Origin: an uncultured Gammaproteobacteria bacterium
GTDB taxonomy: Bacteria; Pseudomonadota; Gammaproteobacteria; JACCXJ01
NCBI GenBank assembly: GCA_963764725.1
Contig: CAVXTM010000010.1
Span: 64,001 to 128,000 of the forward strand
Direction of reading: 5' to 3'
Length of the DNA: 64,000 nucleotides
In this document: positions 19,218 through 29,177 of the stretch, one piece after another
Numbering within the stretch: the first letter of the stretch is position 1
Layout: every line of letters starts with the position of its first letter
Position numbers and translations under genes: made by a program
Notes under the pieces: model-generated
Seen by the model: only the letters and a program-made list of their open reading frames with translations
What the model was told of the DNA's origin: nothing
Databases searched by the model: none

Positions 19218-19604
19218 TTACCACTGTTTTGCAGCAACTCGTATGGCATCCTGGATCTCTCGTACCGGATATCCCAACACGGTCCGCTCGCTACCCTCAC
19301 GATCCGTAAAAACCATTACGCTGCCGTCAAACCGATACTTCGCTTCCCACTCGACGGCAAAATTATCCAGCGTTTCTGTGATACCGGACGGCATCAGCTC
19401 TCCATCCCTGGCAAGACAGCGCGCCAAACAATCCTCAGGTTCGAGAGCCCAGGCGTCGCCTGTCGCCGTCGAGAAGAAAAGCAGAGGTCCCAGCGTGACC
19501 ACACGTGCGTTGTGTCGGGAAGCGCAATTGCCGATGTACTCCGCCTCGCGCTGAATACTGACCTGGCGGCCCGGCAGCCGAGTAGTCTTCCTGCGTTTCT
19601 TCAC
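19218..19604 (-). CDS. Hypothetical cassette protein
   Basis: GTG start with GAGGAGG RBS, protein-like composition, lies upstream of an attC. Confidence 0.6.
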   Translation of the reverse strand: MKKRRKTTRLPGRQVSIQREAEYIGNCASRHNARVVTLGPLLFFSTATGDAWALEPEDCLARCLARDGELMPSGITETLDNFAVEWEAKYRFDGSVMVFTDREGSERTVLGYPVREIQDAIRVAAKQW

Positions 19605-19660
19605 ACAGACCCTCCTCAAGTTCTAGCCCAAGGTGTTTGAAAACTGTCGAGCCCAGAAAT

Positions 19661-19809
19661 GTAGGGTGGGTTCGGCATGCTGTTTATGCCGCAACCCACC
19701 GACTCGGCCCGCGTAGCGGGCCTCCTTTTCAAGCCGTCTTCCAAGGTGTCGGCCTGCGGCCGACGGGTTGGCGAGTTACGCCGCAAACAGCGCGGCGAAC
19801 CCACCCTAC
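19661..19809. repeat. GTAG-family REP doublet (REPIN)
   Basis: GTAGGGTGGGTTCG...CGAACCCACCCTAC inverted pair, each half an imperfect palindrome. Confidence 0.8.
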
Positions 19810-19854
19810 ATGTAATTCATCCTTCATAGTCTACTACCGTGGCGCTGCGAACCG

Positions 19855-19919
19855 TATAAACGCTTAAGTTGGGCGGCGCGGCGTTTTTTGCCGCATCCGT
19901 CTCGAACGCGATGTAAGAT
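19855..19919 (-). other. Degenerate attC overlapping the end of the antitoxin ORF
   Basis: R'' ATCTTAC, L'' GTTCGAGACGG, L' CCGCCCAAC, R' GTTTATA. Confidence 0.55.
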
Positions 19920-20133
19920 CTGCTGACAGCTGTGCAAGACCAAGAAGGGACCGCAGAGCGGTATTGACGGCGGTGGAATCGGGAAAGGCTTCTAATACGT
20001 CGGGGTCAAGGACTACAACGTTCGAGCCCTCCTTCAAAAGGCGCTTGTAGTACTTACCGCGTTCATCTTTGGAAAAATCTAAATCGTACTCAGGCCGCAG
20101 ATCGTCATCGAGTTCGTGGCTTTTGCGTTTCAT
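19864..20133 (-). CDS. BrnA-like antitoxin
   Basis: DDLRPEYDLDFSK..RGKYY..VVLDPDV..AFPDS.AVN.ALRSL. Confidence 0.75.
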   Translation of the reverse strand: MKRKSHELDDDLRPEYDLDFSKDERGKYYKRLLKEGSNVVVLDPDVLEAFPDSTAVNTALRSLLGLAQLSADLTSRSRRMRQKTPRRPT

Positions 20134-20250
20134 ATTTTCGTCTTTCGCGAGGTGTGGCCATCCGCGCGATGATTATCCGGATCCCGTCGGCGCGATCTGT
20201 GTGTGTGATGACGAGCAGGTGATCGTGTGCGGAACAGCCATCTCCCCGAG
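20117..20250 (-). pseudogene. BrnT-like toxin, 3' fragment with frameshift
   Basis: G.SAHDHLLVITHTDRADGIRII(S)ARMATPRERRKYE overlapping the antitoxin start. Confidence 0.65.
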
Positions 20251-20258
20251 CCCTCATT

Positions 20259-20868
20259 TTATCCCCACGGGTTGACCCTCAACCACCCTACCATGATCGT
20301 CGTGTAGTCGTTATAGATGAGCTCCTCTCGCTCGACGCCCACCTCTCTGAGCAGGGCCGGGAGCTCATCTAAGAAGACCCCGTACCGCTTCGCCATCTTC
20401 TTACCACCCGGTCGCATCACGTCCTTAGGAGCGAAGTGGCTGAGCCAATCTCGGACCGCCTTTATGGCCTTTGCGGGGTCATCAGCGTGCTCCTTTATAT
20501 CCTGGCCTGATATGTCCGAGAGGTAGGCTTGATAGCGAAACCCAGCACTAGACACCTCTTCTGGCGCTGACGCCCGCCACCAAACTTCCGTGCACCGAGG
20601 AAGATGCCAAGCTCCAAGGGCATGTTGAACCTCGGCAACCCTAAGGTCGTGTCCAACTCCGTTCGCGACACATCGTGGATACCGAGCCTGCATTCCGAGA
20701 TGATGCCGTAGATCTTCTAACCTGTGCGCTATCGTTTTCTTCCAGGGCGCATCGCGCCACGAAGCCGCAGTCGTGGATCGCGAAGATGATAGCGTCGAAG
20801 ATCGGTGCGTAGCTGGGGTCGAAGGGGCAATTGACGAAGACGTTCTGATCGTAAGCGCCTCTGGGCAT
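20259..20868 (-). pseudogene. Hypothetical protein (TIR/deoxyribosyltransferase-like fold), frameshifted
   Basis: VFVNCPFD..Y..IFDAIIF..CGF.ARCALE, then GIHDVSRTE..PRFNMPLELG, SDISGQDI across frames. Confidence 0.6.
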
Positions 20869-20871
20869 CGG

Positions 20872-21036
20872 CTACTTCTTCACCAGAGACGGCGCGCTCT
20901 TGTACGAATACGACTTCGCGCTAGCCGTGTCTTTCATGCGGCTTGCCTTCACGTTCTTCGCAGCGGTGAGAGCCTTGCTTCGGCTCACCGAGGCAACTTT
21001 GGTTGAGTTCTTGACAGTGCGGAGTGTCTTCGACAT
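20872..21036 (-). CDS. Small Lys/Ser/Ala-rich basic protein
   Basis: 54 aa MSKTLRTVKNSTKVASVSRSKALTAAKNVK..; stop 3 bp before the next ATG. Confidence 0.4.
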   Translation of the reverse strand: MSKTLRTVKNSTKVASVSRSKALTAAKNVKASRMKDTASAKSYSYKSAPSLVKK

Positions 21037-21246
21037 CTGGGTAATAGGTAATAGGGTGATAGCGGAAAAGCCTACTATATCATAGCAAGCCAAGCTGCTC
21101 ACTGGAGTGCTGCGCTTGGTTCCTCGGCCGGCCCGGCTTGCCCTTCGTCGCACGCCCGCGCCTTCCGGGCCGCGGGGTGATTTTTTTCACGCGGCGAGCG
21201 AAGCGAGGCAGGGACGTCCCCTGGCGCCGTAGGTTAGCAAGCTACC

Positions 21247-21489
21247 TTACCCGACGATACGCAGCGCGACATACGGAACGAGTTAAACAGAAGGATGCCG
21301 ATCTTATAAATCGCCATCCCTGCGTAATGGATGGCGTCGAATTGCTCAGCCGACAAACTAGACCACCGACCGTGGAACCGATGCATCCAGTCGTGAGCAA
21401 ACTTGAAGAATAGAAATCACCAAAGCAGCACGCCATAGTTGATGGCGGCACACCACAAAAAGGACATCACGTGCTATCTCGATGCTCAT
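21247..21489 (-). pseudogene. DUF6868-like small membrane protein, disrupted
   Basis: MSIEIARDVL..WCAAINYGVLLW*FLFFKFAHDWMHRFHGRW..SAEQFDAIHYAGMAIYKIGILLFN..PYVALRIVG; GGAG RBS. Confidence 0.65.
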
Positions 21490-21559
21490 CGGGCATTCTC
21501 CAAGCAGTGCCTATTTTTAAATCACTCCGACCCCTAATCTCTGGGCGCATCGCAGCAGC

Positions 21560-22336
21560 CTATGCGTGCCAACGTTCAGGCCAACGCTTCCAGTCGAAGG
21601 AGTCGTTGTAGCCCGCAAGTGACATTGCAAACTCCTCCACCATGCGCTCGACGTCGGCCATTACGTTGCCAGCGCAGACTACGTTAACTATCGTTCCCCC
21701 CGTGCCAGGTCCGTCTGGCTCTGCGTGCGTACGGTGCCAAGAAAATCGCGAAGCTATAGCCTCCGCAAAGAACTCTTGCGGCGACTTGCCTCCGAATTGC
21801 TGTGGCGAATAGTACTGAGCTAGGTTGACAAGGATGCCTTGCAGCGCATCAATGTACTCGTGCGAAGCAATGACCATTCGCATAGTCACCCCGCTGTCCC
21901 ATTCGGGTTGGGCGTGCTTTCGCAGTTCGGCGCGGAAGGTCGGAAGGGAATTAATGTAAGCGAGCGGAGCTTCCCGAGGTACAAATGCCTGGGCATCTGC
22001 GATGGGATCCTTCACCGGTGGCCCGACTTGCCGCTTCACCGCTTGCTCATCTGCCTTCGCCCGGCGAGCTTTGACTCGCTCAAACCATTCATCTCTATAG
22101 CGAGTCACGAGTGCAGCGTTCAGCTTGCGGCCAAACCCACCTTGCAGTTGGGTGTCGTTATGGCACTCCAAGCAAAGAACTGCGAGATTGACCTCCACGT
22201 TGTTGCTTGGTTCTTCATCGATGTGGTGAAGCTGTAAAGCTTTGCCGCGTTCTCGACACACACAGCAAGTGCTGTCGGATGCAAACATCACCTCGGCGGC
22301 GAGGTCAACAGGAATGCCGGTGCGAACCTTCGCCAT
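21560..22336 (-). CDS. HNH endonuclease-domain protein (cassette)
   Basis: CCVC..LQLHHIDEEPSNN..NLAVLCLECH; starts just after an attC R'. Confidence 0.8.
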   Translation of the reverse strand: MAKVRTGIPVDLAAEVMFASDSTCCVCRERGKALQLHHIDEEPSNNVEVNLAVLCLECHNDTQLQGGFGRKLNAALVTRYRDEWFERVKARRAKADEQAVKRQVGPPVKDPIADAQAFVPREAPLAYINSLPTFRAELRKHAQPEWDSGVTMRMVIASHEYIDALQGILVNLAQYYSPQQFGGKSPQEFFAEAIASRFSWHRTHAEPDGPGTGGTIVNVVCAGNVMADVERMVEEFAMSLAGYNDSFDWKRWPERWHA

Positions 22337-22350
22337 GACGACTGTTGCGC

Positions 22351-22402
22351 TCTAAACGACCAAGATCACCGGGCGCGACGATAGAAGCGTCCGGTGTTAG
22401 GG
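22351..22402 (-). other. Partially deleted attC
   Basis: CCCTAAC..ACCGGACGC..GCGCCCGGTGATC ttggtc GTTTAGA; resembles the attC at 18608. Confidence 0.55.
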
Positions 22403-23103
22403 ATCATGCTTCTTCGTCAACTGCTTCAGATCTACTCCGACACCGCCTATGCTCGGTTTGATAAATACACTTTCTTTTATTCGCTCCCAGACAGTCTTAT
22501 TACCGATTTCCTTTATGCCACTAGCCAGCATTCGTTCTACCATTTCTGAAAAATGACCGAGCTGCGTAATTGTATACTTTTGGATAAAGACACAGTTTTG
22601 TATTTTCCGTGCTACTGCCCGAATCTCCGTAACTAGTGTACTGCTTCATTCTTTTTAGGACTTATGATTCCAGGCGTGGAATCCTTGTGCTGCAACGCTT
22701 TCCGAGGAACAGGAATACGCAAAAAGGACCTTGGTACGGCCAACGACAAGTTCCATTTATTACGAAGCACTACACTAGATCCTGCCTAGAAGTATTGGAA
22801 AACAAGATAATCGGTACGTCCTTATATGTTCTTCTTATGTCGCGGCCTAGACGTAATCCTGTTAGCTGGAAGTTTTCGGTAAGTTCCCTAGAGTACGCAT
22901 GCTTAGAAGGGAGCATTATGTTAACAACAAACAGATCGACTCGTCTTTTTGTTTCAACGAAATCCAGGCACTGGTCAGCATCTGTAAACATGGTTACAGA
23001 AAGCCCACGTAATTCTAACTCAGAAACGAGTGGGCGTAGTTGAATCTCATCCTCGTTCAACAATTACGACGCGAAGAGCATCGTGCTTTTCTGGTACGTT
23101 CAT
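22397..23103 (-). pseudogene. Receiver-domain cassette protein interrupted by a MITE and one frameshift
   Basis: VVIV(D)EDE..DLFVVNIMLP..GLRLGRDIR..VPIILFS; removing 22637-22774 plus one CTAG restores QDLVTEIR..FIQK..HDP*; bounded by GTTAGGG and CCCTAAC. Confidence 0.75.
22637..22774. mobile_element. 138-bp MITE, IS630-like
   Basis: TIRs TGTACTGCTTC / GAAGCACTACA flanked on both sides by CTAG. Confidence 0.8.
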
Positions 23104-23146
23104 TTAGCGTCCTCAACCAACCCCTAACGCTACCGGGGATGGGTTA

Positions 23147-23256
23147 GGGGTCAAGTCTCCCATCTTGTATACAGCGCCTCTAAGATCCATTCCCGCCCTA
23201 TGGCGAGGCCCTTAAGAATCGAATTAGAGGTCTGTCGCTACGTTGGCCTTGACCCC
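23147..23256. repeat. GGGGTCA-type inverted repeat element (REP/MITE-like)
   Basis: GGGGTCAAG...CTTGACCCC at the edge of the cassette array. Confidence 0.5.
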
Positions 23257-23264
23257 GAGCGCGC

Positions 23265-26200
23265 CTATGACACAGGCTGCGCGGGGGTCTCGGCGATGCG
23301 CGGGCGGATCGGTCGCCATAAGCCGTGGGTCGAGTAACAGCCCCATCCCCAGCGCAACCATCCGAGCAGGGCATAGGCGAGCCACAGTGCCCACGCCAGC
23401 ATCAGTAGCCGGTAGGCGCTGAGCGGCACCGACCACACCTCGGCCTGCGGTAAGGCCGGATCGCTGCGGTCCTGATACCAATTGAGATCATAGGCGGTCG
23501 AGCCGTTGCCGGCGACCTGCATCTCCGGATATCCCAGCAAGCCGTTTTGGATCGCATCGAAAAGGCAGGACAAGGCCACCACTGTAAGCAAGCCCAGGCC
23601 AAGCTGGAGGGCGTCGAAAGCGTAGGGTTTGATGGCGGGATTCAGGCGCGCGCGCGCACCGAGGGCGAGCAGCCAACCCACCACGATGAGCGCCGCCCAG
23701 ATGGGAGCTTGGCTGAGCCCAATTCCGAGCAAGAACCAATGCCAGCCCTTGAGCGGGGTGATCCGCGTGCGCCCGAGCCCGTAAGCCACGAGCACGAGCA
23801 CCGCCAGCACGCCCCAAATGAGCACCGCGGGCCCGAGGCGCGGCCCCTGGCTCAGGAGCAGCCAGCGGTCGTTGCCCAAGGTGATCTTGAGATAATGATT
23901 GACGCTCGGCAGGCCGAGATCGACCGCGGGCGATAGGAACCGCGTCTGCATCCCGCGCGGCTCGCGCCACAGGAGTTGAAAATGTTGCGTCCCCGGCACC
24001 ACCGGCAAGGTGACCCGGCGGTCTTGCTGGCGGATCGGCTGGGCGGCGCCGCCGATGGTGACCTGTTGCAGGCGGGCGGTTTCTGGCAAGGTGAGCGTGT
24101 GCTGGCCCCCTTGGCTGCTCTCGAGAGTGAGGTCCAAGGTGGCATCGATCGCGCGTTCCCCCGCGCTGACCGTCAAGCGGCTGTTCTGCATCGTCAGGGT
24201 CGGGCCGGAGACACCCGCGGGTCTAGAAATATCCAGCGTGACCGATTCGCCCGGCCAAGGGCGCCATTCCGGCAGCCAGCGGCCGCTCGGATCCTGATGG
24301 TGCACGACCGCGATGCCTTGAACCTTCATGTGCCAGATCGGACTCACGTCCGCGCGCCATACCTCGACCCACTGCGTGGTCTCCGGCGCGGTCAGGCCGA
24401 TGGCGGGCGCATGCTCCAGCACGGAGTCCCAGCGTACCGACGCCTGCTGTGCGTCCAGGCTCACCAGCACCTTCTTGTCCTTCACCCGCACGCTGGGGGT
24501 GGTTACCGATTCGCCCGCGAGCAGTGGAACTTCGATGACCACCGGCTCGAGCGTTGGAGAGATGCGCGTCACGGTAGTCTCGGCGCGCCAATCGAGTCCT
24601 AGCCGTAAGGTGCGCTCGACCCGTGCGAACGAGGGCAGGGGTCCCGGTTCCAAGACCGGAAGATCGTCCGTGCCCGCGGTGCGGGTGAGTTGGATCTGGG
24701 CGTCGGGGACGCCGTTCTCATGCACTCCATCGACACGCCAGCCCTCGGCGCGCACCTCGACGCGGTGCGGCCTCAAGGGTAGCGGCAATTGCAGTTGCGG
24801 GCGCGGCGGTAGGGATCCCGAGAGCAGAAGCTCATGGCGTCCGGGTTCCAGGTGCACCCAGATCTCGCCACCCTCGGTGCGCGCCAGATCCGTGGCCGGC
24901 TGGGAATCGACCAAGATCTCTTGCGGCAGCCATTGACCGGCCTGGGTGGGCAGAGGCACGGATACGGACGCCGCGGCGTGGATCTCGATGCGCAACCGCA
25001 TCGCCGTGGGCGTAATTTCCGCATAGAGTCGCGGGCTTTGGGCGCAGTTGGGCAGGCACTCCGGCGGGGCCAGCAGACGCTGGCGGAGTTGTTCGAGGAG
25101 CTTGGCGCTCGGGTACTCGGCGCGCGCCTCGGGCACAGGTGCGAAAAGGTAAGCAAGCACCAAGAGCACCGAGGTCTTAGCCATCGGTGCGCCGGCGCCC
25201 CAGGTGGTCGCGAACGGCACTATCATCCGTGCGCACAGCACCAGGAGCAGGATCACGCGCGCGAGGCTCAAGCCTAGGTTCATCGCGGGTGAGAGGAGCA
25301 CCAGCCGCACCTCCTGGCCGCGTTCCACCGGACCGTTCCAGCGCAGCGCTACCTCGTTCCAGCGCCATTCGGGCCGGCCCGGCCCGGTCTGGACGCGAGC
25401 CTTGGGGTCTACTTCGCCCAAGACACCCACCCGCGCCGTTGGTATTGGCGCGTCAGCCTCTGCCATTAATCGCCGCGCCCTCCTATCCGCTTTCTGTTCG
25501 GCACGTTCTCTCATTTCCTCTACGCTTATGGGCGCATCCAAGCGGTCCTCCCTGCCGCCGGCCACCCCTTCCATGGGCTGGCTAAGGGTGGCCGCCTCGG
25601 GCGGGGCGGCCGGTGAAACCTCCATCACCGGCTGCACAGGCCCGGGTCGCTCGAGCTGCGGATAGAGGCCGAGGCGCACTTGTTCGATCGCGAACGGGAT
25701 CGCGATCAGGAGCAAGATCGCGGCGCTCACGTTTCGGTAGGCGCGTGCCAGAGCGAGGAAGCGGCCTGCGGGTAGCACGCGCACCAAGGCGTTCGCGGCC
25801 AGCAGATGGAGCCAGATGAACTGTGGCGCATCGGCTTCGTGCCAGATAAGCGCGAGCCCGGCGAGCATCGCGAGTCCCCAGCGCCAATTCCACAGCCGGG
25901 CCGTCGCCAAGGCGGCGATCATGACCAAGAAGAGATCGAGCAGGGTCCAGCGTTCGACCCAACTCGCGGTCACATCGTCGTGGCCCGCGGCCGCGAACAA
26001 CCGCCACCCTGGAGGCAGATGGAGGGTCGCTTGGAGCGACTGGACGTCTTGGTTCCAACCCACTGCGGGGAAGCGGTCCACATCGCCCTCATAGCGGCTG
26101 TCGGCATCGAGATTCAACGCGCCGCGCCGGACTTCGACGCCGGGCCGGTTGGAGTCGGGGAGGGTGGTAATGAATTGCGGGACAGCGTCGATCGCGACTC

Positions 26201-27362
26201 GTCCGAGGTGTAATTGGTCGCCGGCCTCGAGCCGCCAACCGTGCGTCATCGTTCCGGTCACGAGATCGCGGACCGTATACCCGCTCCCCTCCATGTCAAG
26301 CCACAGATGGCGCACCAGGCCCAAGCGGTCGGGGGCCGGATCGGGATCGCCCCGCCGCACCACCTTGAATTCCATGACATCCTTCGGGCCCACACGGTAG
26401 GCGGGCAAAGATTGCCACTCGGGGGGCACGTTGGTCTGGCGCGGATCGATGGCCGTCACGCCTTGGATCTCGACCAGCCGCAGGTGATTGCGGGCATCGA
26501 ATACCCAGATCTCCGTCTGCGGCCAAGGGTCGGTTGGAGACGCCGCGTGCAGCGCGGTCACCTCGCCGGGGGCGCGCGCGCTCAACTCCACCGCCCAGTG
26601 CCCCGGACGCAGTTGCAATCGCAAGCGGCCATCGGGCTCGAGACGCGCGGGCAAGGCGCTCGAAAGGCCCAGGGGAATGAGCTCGGGCAGGAGCGCATTG
26701 CTTAGCATCACTTCGCGAGGCTCGCCGGCGACATCGATCTCAAGCCGGGTGAGAAGCTCAAGCGGCACCTCGTCGATGATGCGCCGGAACACCTGGATCT
26801 CCAGTCGCTCTTCGAGCGCGGTTTTTCCCGGCCGTTGCTTCAACCAGAGCTCGCCATCGGGGCGGATATCAGGCCAGCTTACGGCTGTCTCATCGACGAT
26901 GAGTGACACCAAAGCGGTATCGGGTGGTACATACAGGGTTTCGGGCAGGCGTTCCCAGCGCCACCGGCCGGTGATCTGATACCGTCCCGGCGGCAGCGAC
27001 ATGCCGGGTTTTCCCTCGCGCTCGATCACGGCAGCAGGTTGCCCGTCCACCAGCACCTCTTGGGGCCAGCGCTCCAGATCTCCCGGCAACCCGATCCAGC
27101 TTTCGCGGTAGACGCGCCAGAACTGGATAAACTCCCCCTCGCCCTGGTCGATCTTGAGCACCAGCCGCGATGGCCAGGCGCAGCGCCGCGCTGCGGGCTG
27201 GTTATAGATGAACGGGCACTCGCGATCGCGCTCTTCGAACAGCACCCACGGTACCCAGGGGGCGAGGCTAGGCGGGATCTCGTTGTCCCGAAGCGGGCGC
27301 GCCTCGGTGCCGAGGCTCTGGCAAAGCAAACTGAATAAGACCAACACGACTCGGATATGCAT
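23265..27362 (-). CDS. Large hypothetical membrane protein (~1365 aa)
   Basis: Signal peptide at MHIRVVLV; two beta-rich extracytoplasmic blocks, each followed by a TM bundle. Confidence 0.8.
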   Translation of the reverse strand: MHIRVVLVLFSLLCQSLGTEARPLRDNEIPPSLAPWVPWVLFEERDRECPFIYNQPAARRCAWPSRLVLKIDQGEGEFIQFWRVYRESWIGLPGDLERWPQEVLVDGQPAAVIEREGKPGMSLPPGRYQITGRWRWERLPETLYVPPDTALVSLIVDETAVSWPDIRPDGELWLKQRPGKTALEERLEIQVFRRIIDEVPLELLTRLEIDVAGEPREVMLSNALLPELIPLGLSSALPARLEPDGRLRLQLRPGHWAVELSARAPGEVTALHAASPTDPWPQTEIWVFDARNHLRLVEIQGVTAIDPRQTNVPPEWQSLPAYRVGPKDVMEFKVVRRGDPDPAPDRLGLVRHLWLDMEGSGYTVRDLVTGTMTHGWRLEAGDQLHLGRVAIDAVPQFITTLPDSNRPGVEVRRGALNLDADSRYEGDVDRFPAVGWNQDVQSLQATLHLPPGWRLFAAAGHDDVTASWVERWTLLDLFLVMIAALATARLWNWRWGLAMLAGLALIWHEADAPQFIWLHLLAANALVRVLPAGRFLALARAYRNVSAAILLLIAIPFAIEQVRLGLYPQLERPGPVQPVMEVSPAAPPEAATLSQPMEGVAGGREDRLDAPISVEEMRERAEQKADRRARRLMAEADAPIPTARVGVLGEVDPKARVQTGPGRPEWRWNEVALRWNGPVERGQEVRLVLLSPAMNLGLSLARVILLLVLCARMIVPFATTWGAGAPMAKTSVLLVLAYLFAPVPEARAEYPSAKLLEQLRQRLLAPPECLPNCAQSPRLYAEITPTAMRLRIEIHAAASVSVPLPTQAGQWLPQEILVDSQPATDLARTEGGEIWVHLEPGRHELLLSGSLPPRPQLQLPLPLRPHRVEVRAEGWRVDGVHENGVPDAQIQLTRTAGTDDLPVLEPGPLPSFARVERTLRLGLDWRAETTVTRISPTLEPVVIEVPLLAGESVTTPSVRVKDKKVLVSLDAQQASVRWDSVLEHAPAIGLTAPETTQWVEVWRADVSPIWHMKVQGIAVVHHQDPSGRWLPEWRPWPGESVTLDISRPAGVSGPTLTMQNSRLTVSAGERAIDATLDLTLESSQGGQHTLTLPETARLQQVTIGGAAQPIRQQDRRVTLPVVPGTQHFQLLWREPRGMQTRFLSPAVDLGLPSVNHYLKITLGNDRWLLLSQGPRLGPAVLIWGVLAVLVLVAYGLGRTRITPLKGWHWFLLGIGLSQAPIWAALIVVGWLLALGARARLNPAIKPYAFDALQLGLGLLTVVALSCLFDAIQNGLLGYPEMQVAGNGSTAYDLNWYQDRSDPALPQAEVWSVPLSAYRLLMLAWALWLAYALLGWLRWGWGCYSTHGLWRPIRPRIAETPAQPVS

Positions 27363-27551
27363 AGTGCTATTCGCCAACGCGAGATGTTGATTATGGTTAA
27401 TGATAAAACAGAATCTGGTCAAATTCAGGCCGGGGCTTGAATCCATGAATGCGCGACCCCGGTAACCCGACGGCAGTCGGAACTTGATGACCTGGCTGCG
27501 CATTCGCACGCGCCATTTGCATCGATTCTTCTCCGCCGGTAAACTTCCTCG

Positions 27552-29108
27552 GTGCCCTTCACAATAAGACAACGCATCGGGCTCGTCCTGGGGCCGGTCC
27601 TGTTCTTGGCCTTGGGATTAACAGCCGAGGGGCTCGGTGTTCCCGCCCGATGGACGGCGGCGGCGGTGGCCTGGATGGTGATCTGGTGGATCACGGAGCC
27701 CGTGCCGCTGTGGCTCACGGCCTGTATTCCTCTGGTGGTCTTTCCTCTGAGCGGCACGGCGCCGCTGCCCGCGGTGCTGTTGCAGTACGTCGATCCGATC
27801 AATTTCCTGTTTCTCGGCGGCATGATGATCGCGGCCTGCATGCAGCAATGGGGCTTGCATCGGCGGATTGCGCTCGCGATCATCGCACGCGTCGGCAGCA
27901 GCCCGGCGCGCATCGTCCTGGGGTTTATGCTGGCCACGGGATTTATCAGCCTCTGGATCTCGAACACGGCCGCCACCATGATGATGTTCCCGATCGCCAT
28001 GGCCGTGCTGCTCAATTTCGAAGAGACCCTCGGGCGCAACGATCCGGCACTGCGGCGCTTCGGCCTTGCGTTGATGCTTGGTGTGGCCTATGCGGCGAGC
28101 ATCGGGGGCATGGGCACCAAGATCGGCACGGCGCCGAATCTGGTGTTCGTCAAACAGGCTGAGATGCACCTCGGCCATGATGTGGATTTCGTCACTTGGC
28201 TCAAGGTCGGATTGCCGGTGGTGCTGGTGGCGCTGCCGCTGGTGTGGCTGTACCTGGTTCGCTGGGCGGTCCCGGTGCAGCGGACGGAATTGGTCGGTAA
28301 CGCCGCGGAGGTGATCTCCGAAGCCCGCATGCGTCTCGGCCCGATGAAGGCGGGGGAATATGTTGCTCTCATCGGGTTTCTGCTCGCGGCGTTCCTTTGG
28401 ATTTTTCGTAAGGATATCGATCTCGGATCCATCACCATCCCGGGTTGGTGGGGGTGGGTTTCCTTCGGATGGGAGGATTGGATCGGGCGCCCGATCGACA
28501 CTCTCCCGGCACCGCTTGCGCGGCTCTTGCGCCAGGACGTGGGCGATGCGGCCGTGGCCATGGGGATCGGGATCATGCTGCTTCTTATCCCCGTGTCTAT
28601 ACGCCCTTTGCGGTTTGGCTTGGCGCTGCGGCAGATGCGAACGGTGCATTGGGGTCTTCTGGTCTTGCTCGGGGGCGGTTTTGCGATGGCCTACGGTATG
28701 CAGGAAAGCGGACTCTCAGGATGGTTCGCGGGTCTCTTGAAAGACGCGGATCCTGCCTCGCCGCTGGTGGTATTTCTAATCGTGTGCCTCCTCACTACGG
28801 CCCTGACGGAGGTGGCCTCCAACACTGCGACGGCCAACGTGCTGTTGCCGATCCTCGCCGCGAGCGCGCCGAGTTTCGGGCTTCACCCCGCACCCTTGAT
28901 GTTTGCCGCGACCCTCGCGGCATCCTTGGGGTTCATGCTGCCGGCCGGGACGCCACCGAACGCGATCGTCTACGCGAGCGGCTATATCACCGTCGCACAA
29001 ATGGCGCGGAGCGGTATTCTCATCGACCTCACCGGTGCGCTCTTCATCGGAGCTCTGTGCTACTTCCTCGCGCCGTGGGCGCTGGGAGTGACCGGACTTA
29101 GCGGTTAG
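27552..29108 (+). CDS. DASS/SLC13 sodium-coupled anion symporter
   Basis: WWITEPVP, SLWISNTA, IGTAPN, TEVASNTA, FMLPAGTPPNAIV. Confidence 0.93.
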   Translation: MPFTIRQRIGLVLGPVLFLALGLTAEGLGVPARWTAAAVAWMVIWWITEPVPLWLTACIPLVVFPLSGTAPLPAVLLQYVDPINFLFLGGMMIAACMQQWGLHRRIALAIIARVGSSPARIVLGFMLATGFISLWISNTAATMMMFPIAMAVLLNFEETLGRNDPALRRFGLALMLGVAYAASIGGMGTKIGTAPNLVFVKQAEMHLGHDVDFVTWLKVGLPVVLVALPLVWLYLVRWAVPVQRTELVGNAAEVISEARMRLGPMKAGEYVALIGFLLAAFLWIFRKDIDLGSITIPGWWGWVSFGWEDWIGRPIDTLPAPLARLLRQDVGDAAVAMGIGIMLLLIPVSIRPLRFGLALRQMRTVHWGLLVLLGGGFAMAYGMQESGLSGWFAGLLKDADPASPLVVFLIVCLLTTALTEVASNTATANVLLPILAASAPSFGLHPAPLMFAATLAASLGFMLPAGTPPNAIVYASGYITVAQMARSGILIDLTGALFIGALCYFLAPWALGVTGLSG

Positions 29109-29177
29109 CGCTGACGGCGCGGACTCTTGTAATCGCGTATTTTTACCCCCATTTGCTTAGGCGCCGCGCAAACGGAT

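Noticed and set aside
21190-21239. attC after the DUF6868-like pseudogene
   Set aside because: A TGCTAAC and a plausible left arm exist, but no matching right arm or GTT was found
27363-27572. N-terminal extensions given by the ORF track (also for cca, slt, higA, vapC, tauE)
   Set aside because: They overlap neighbouring genes or precede clear signal peptides or family starts; downstream starts were chosen
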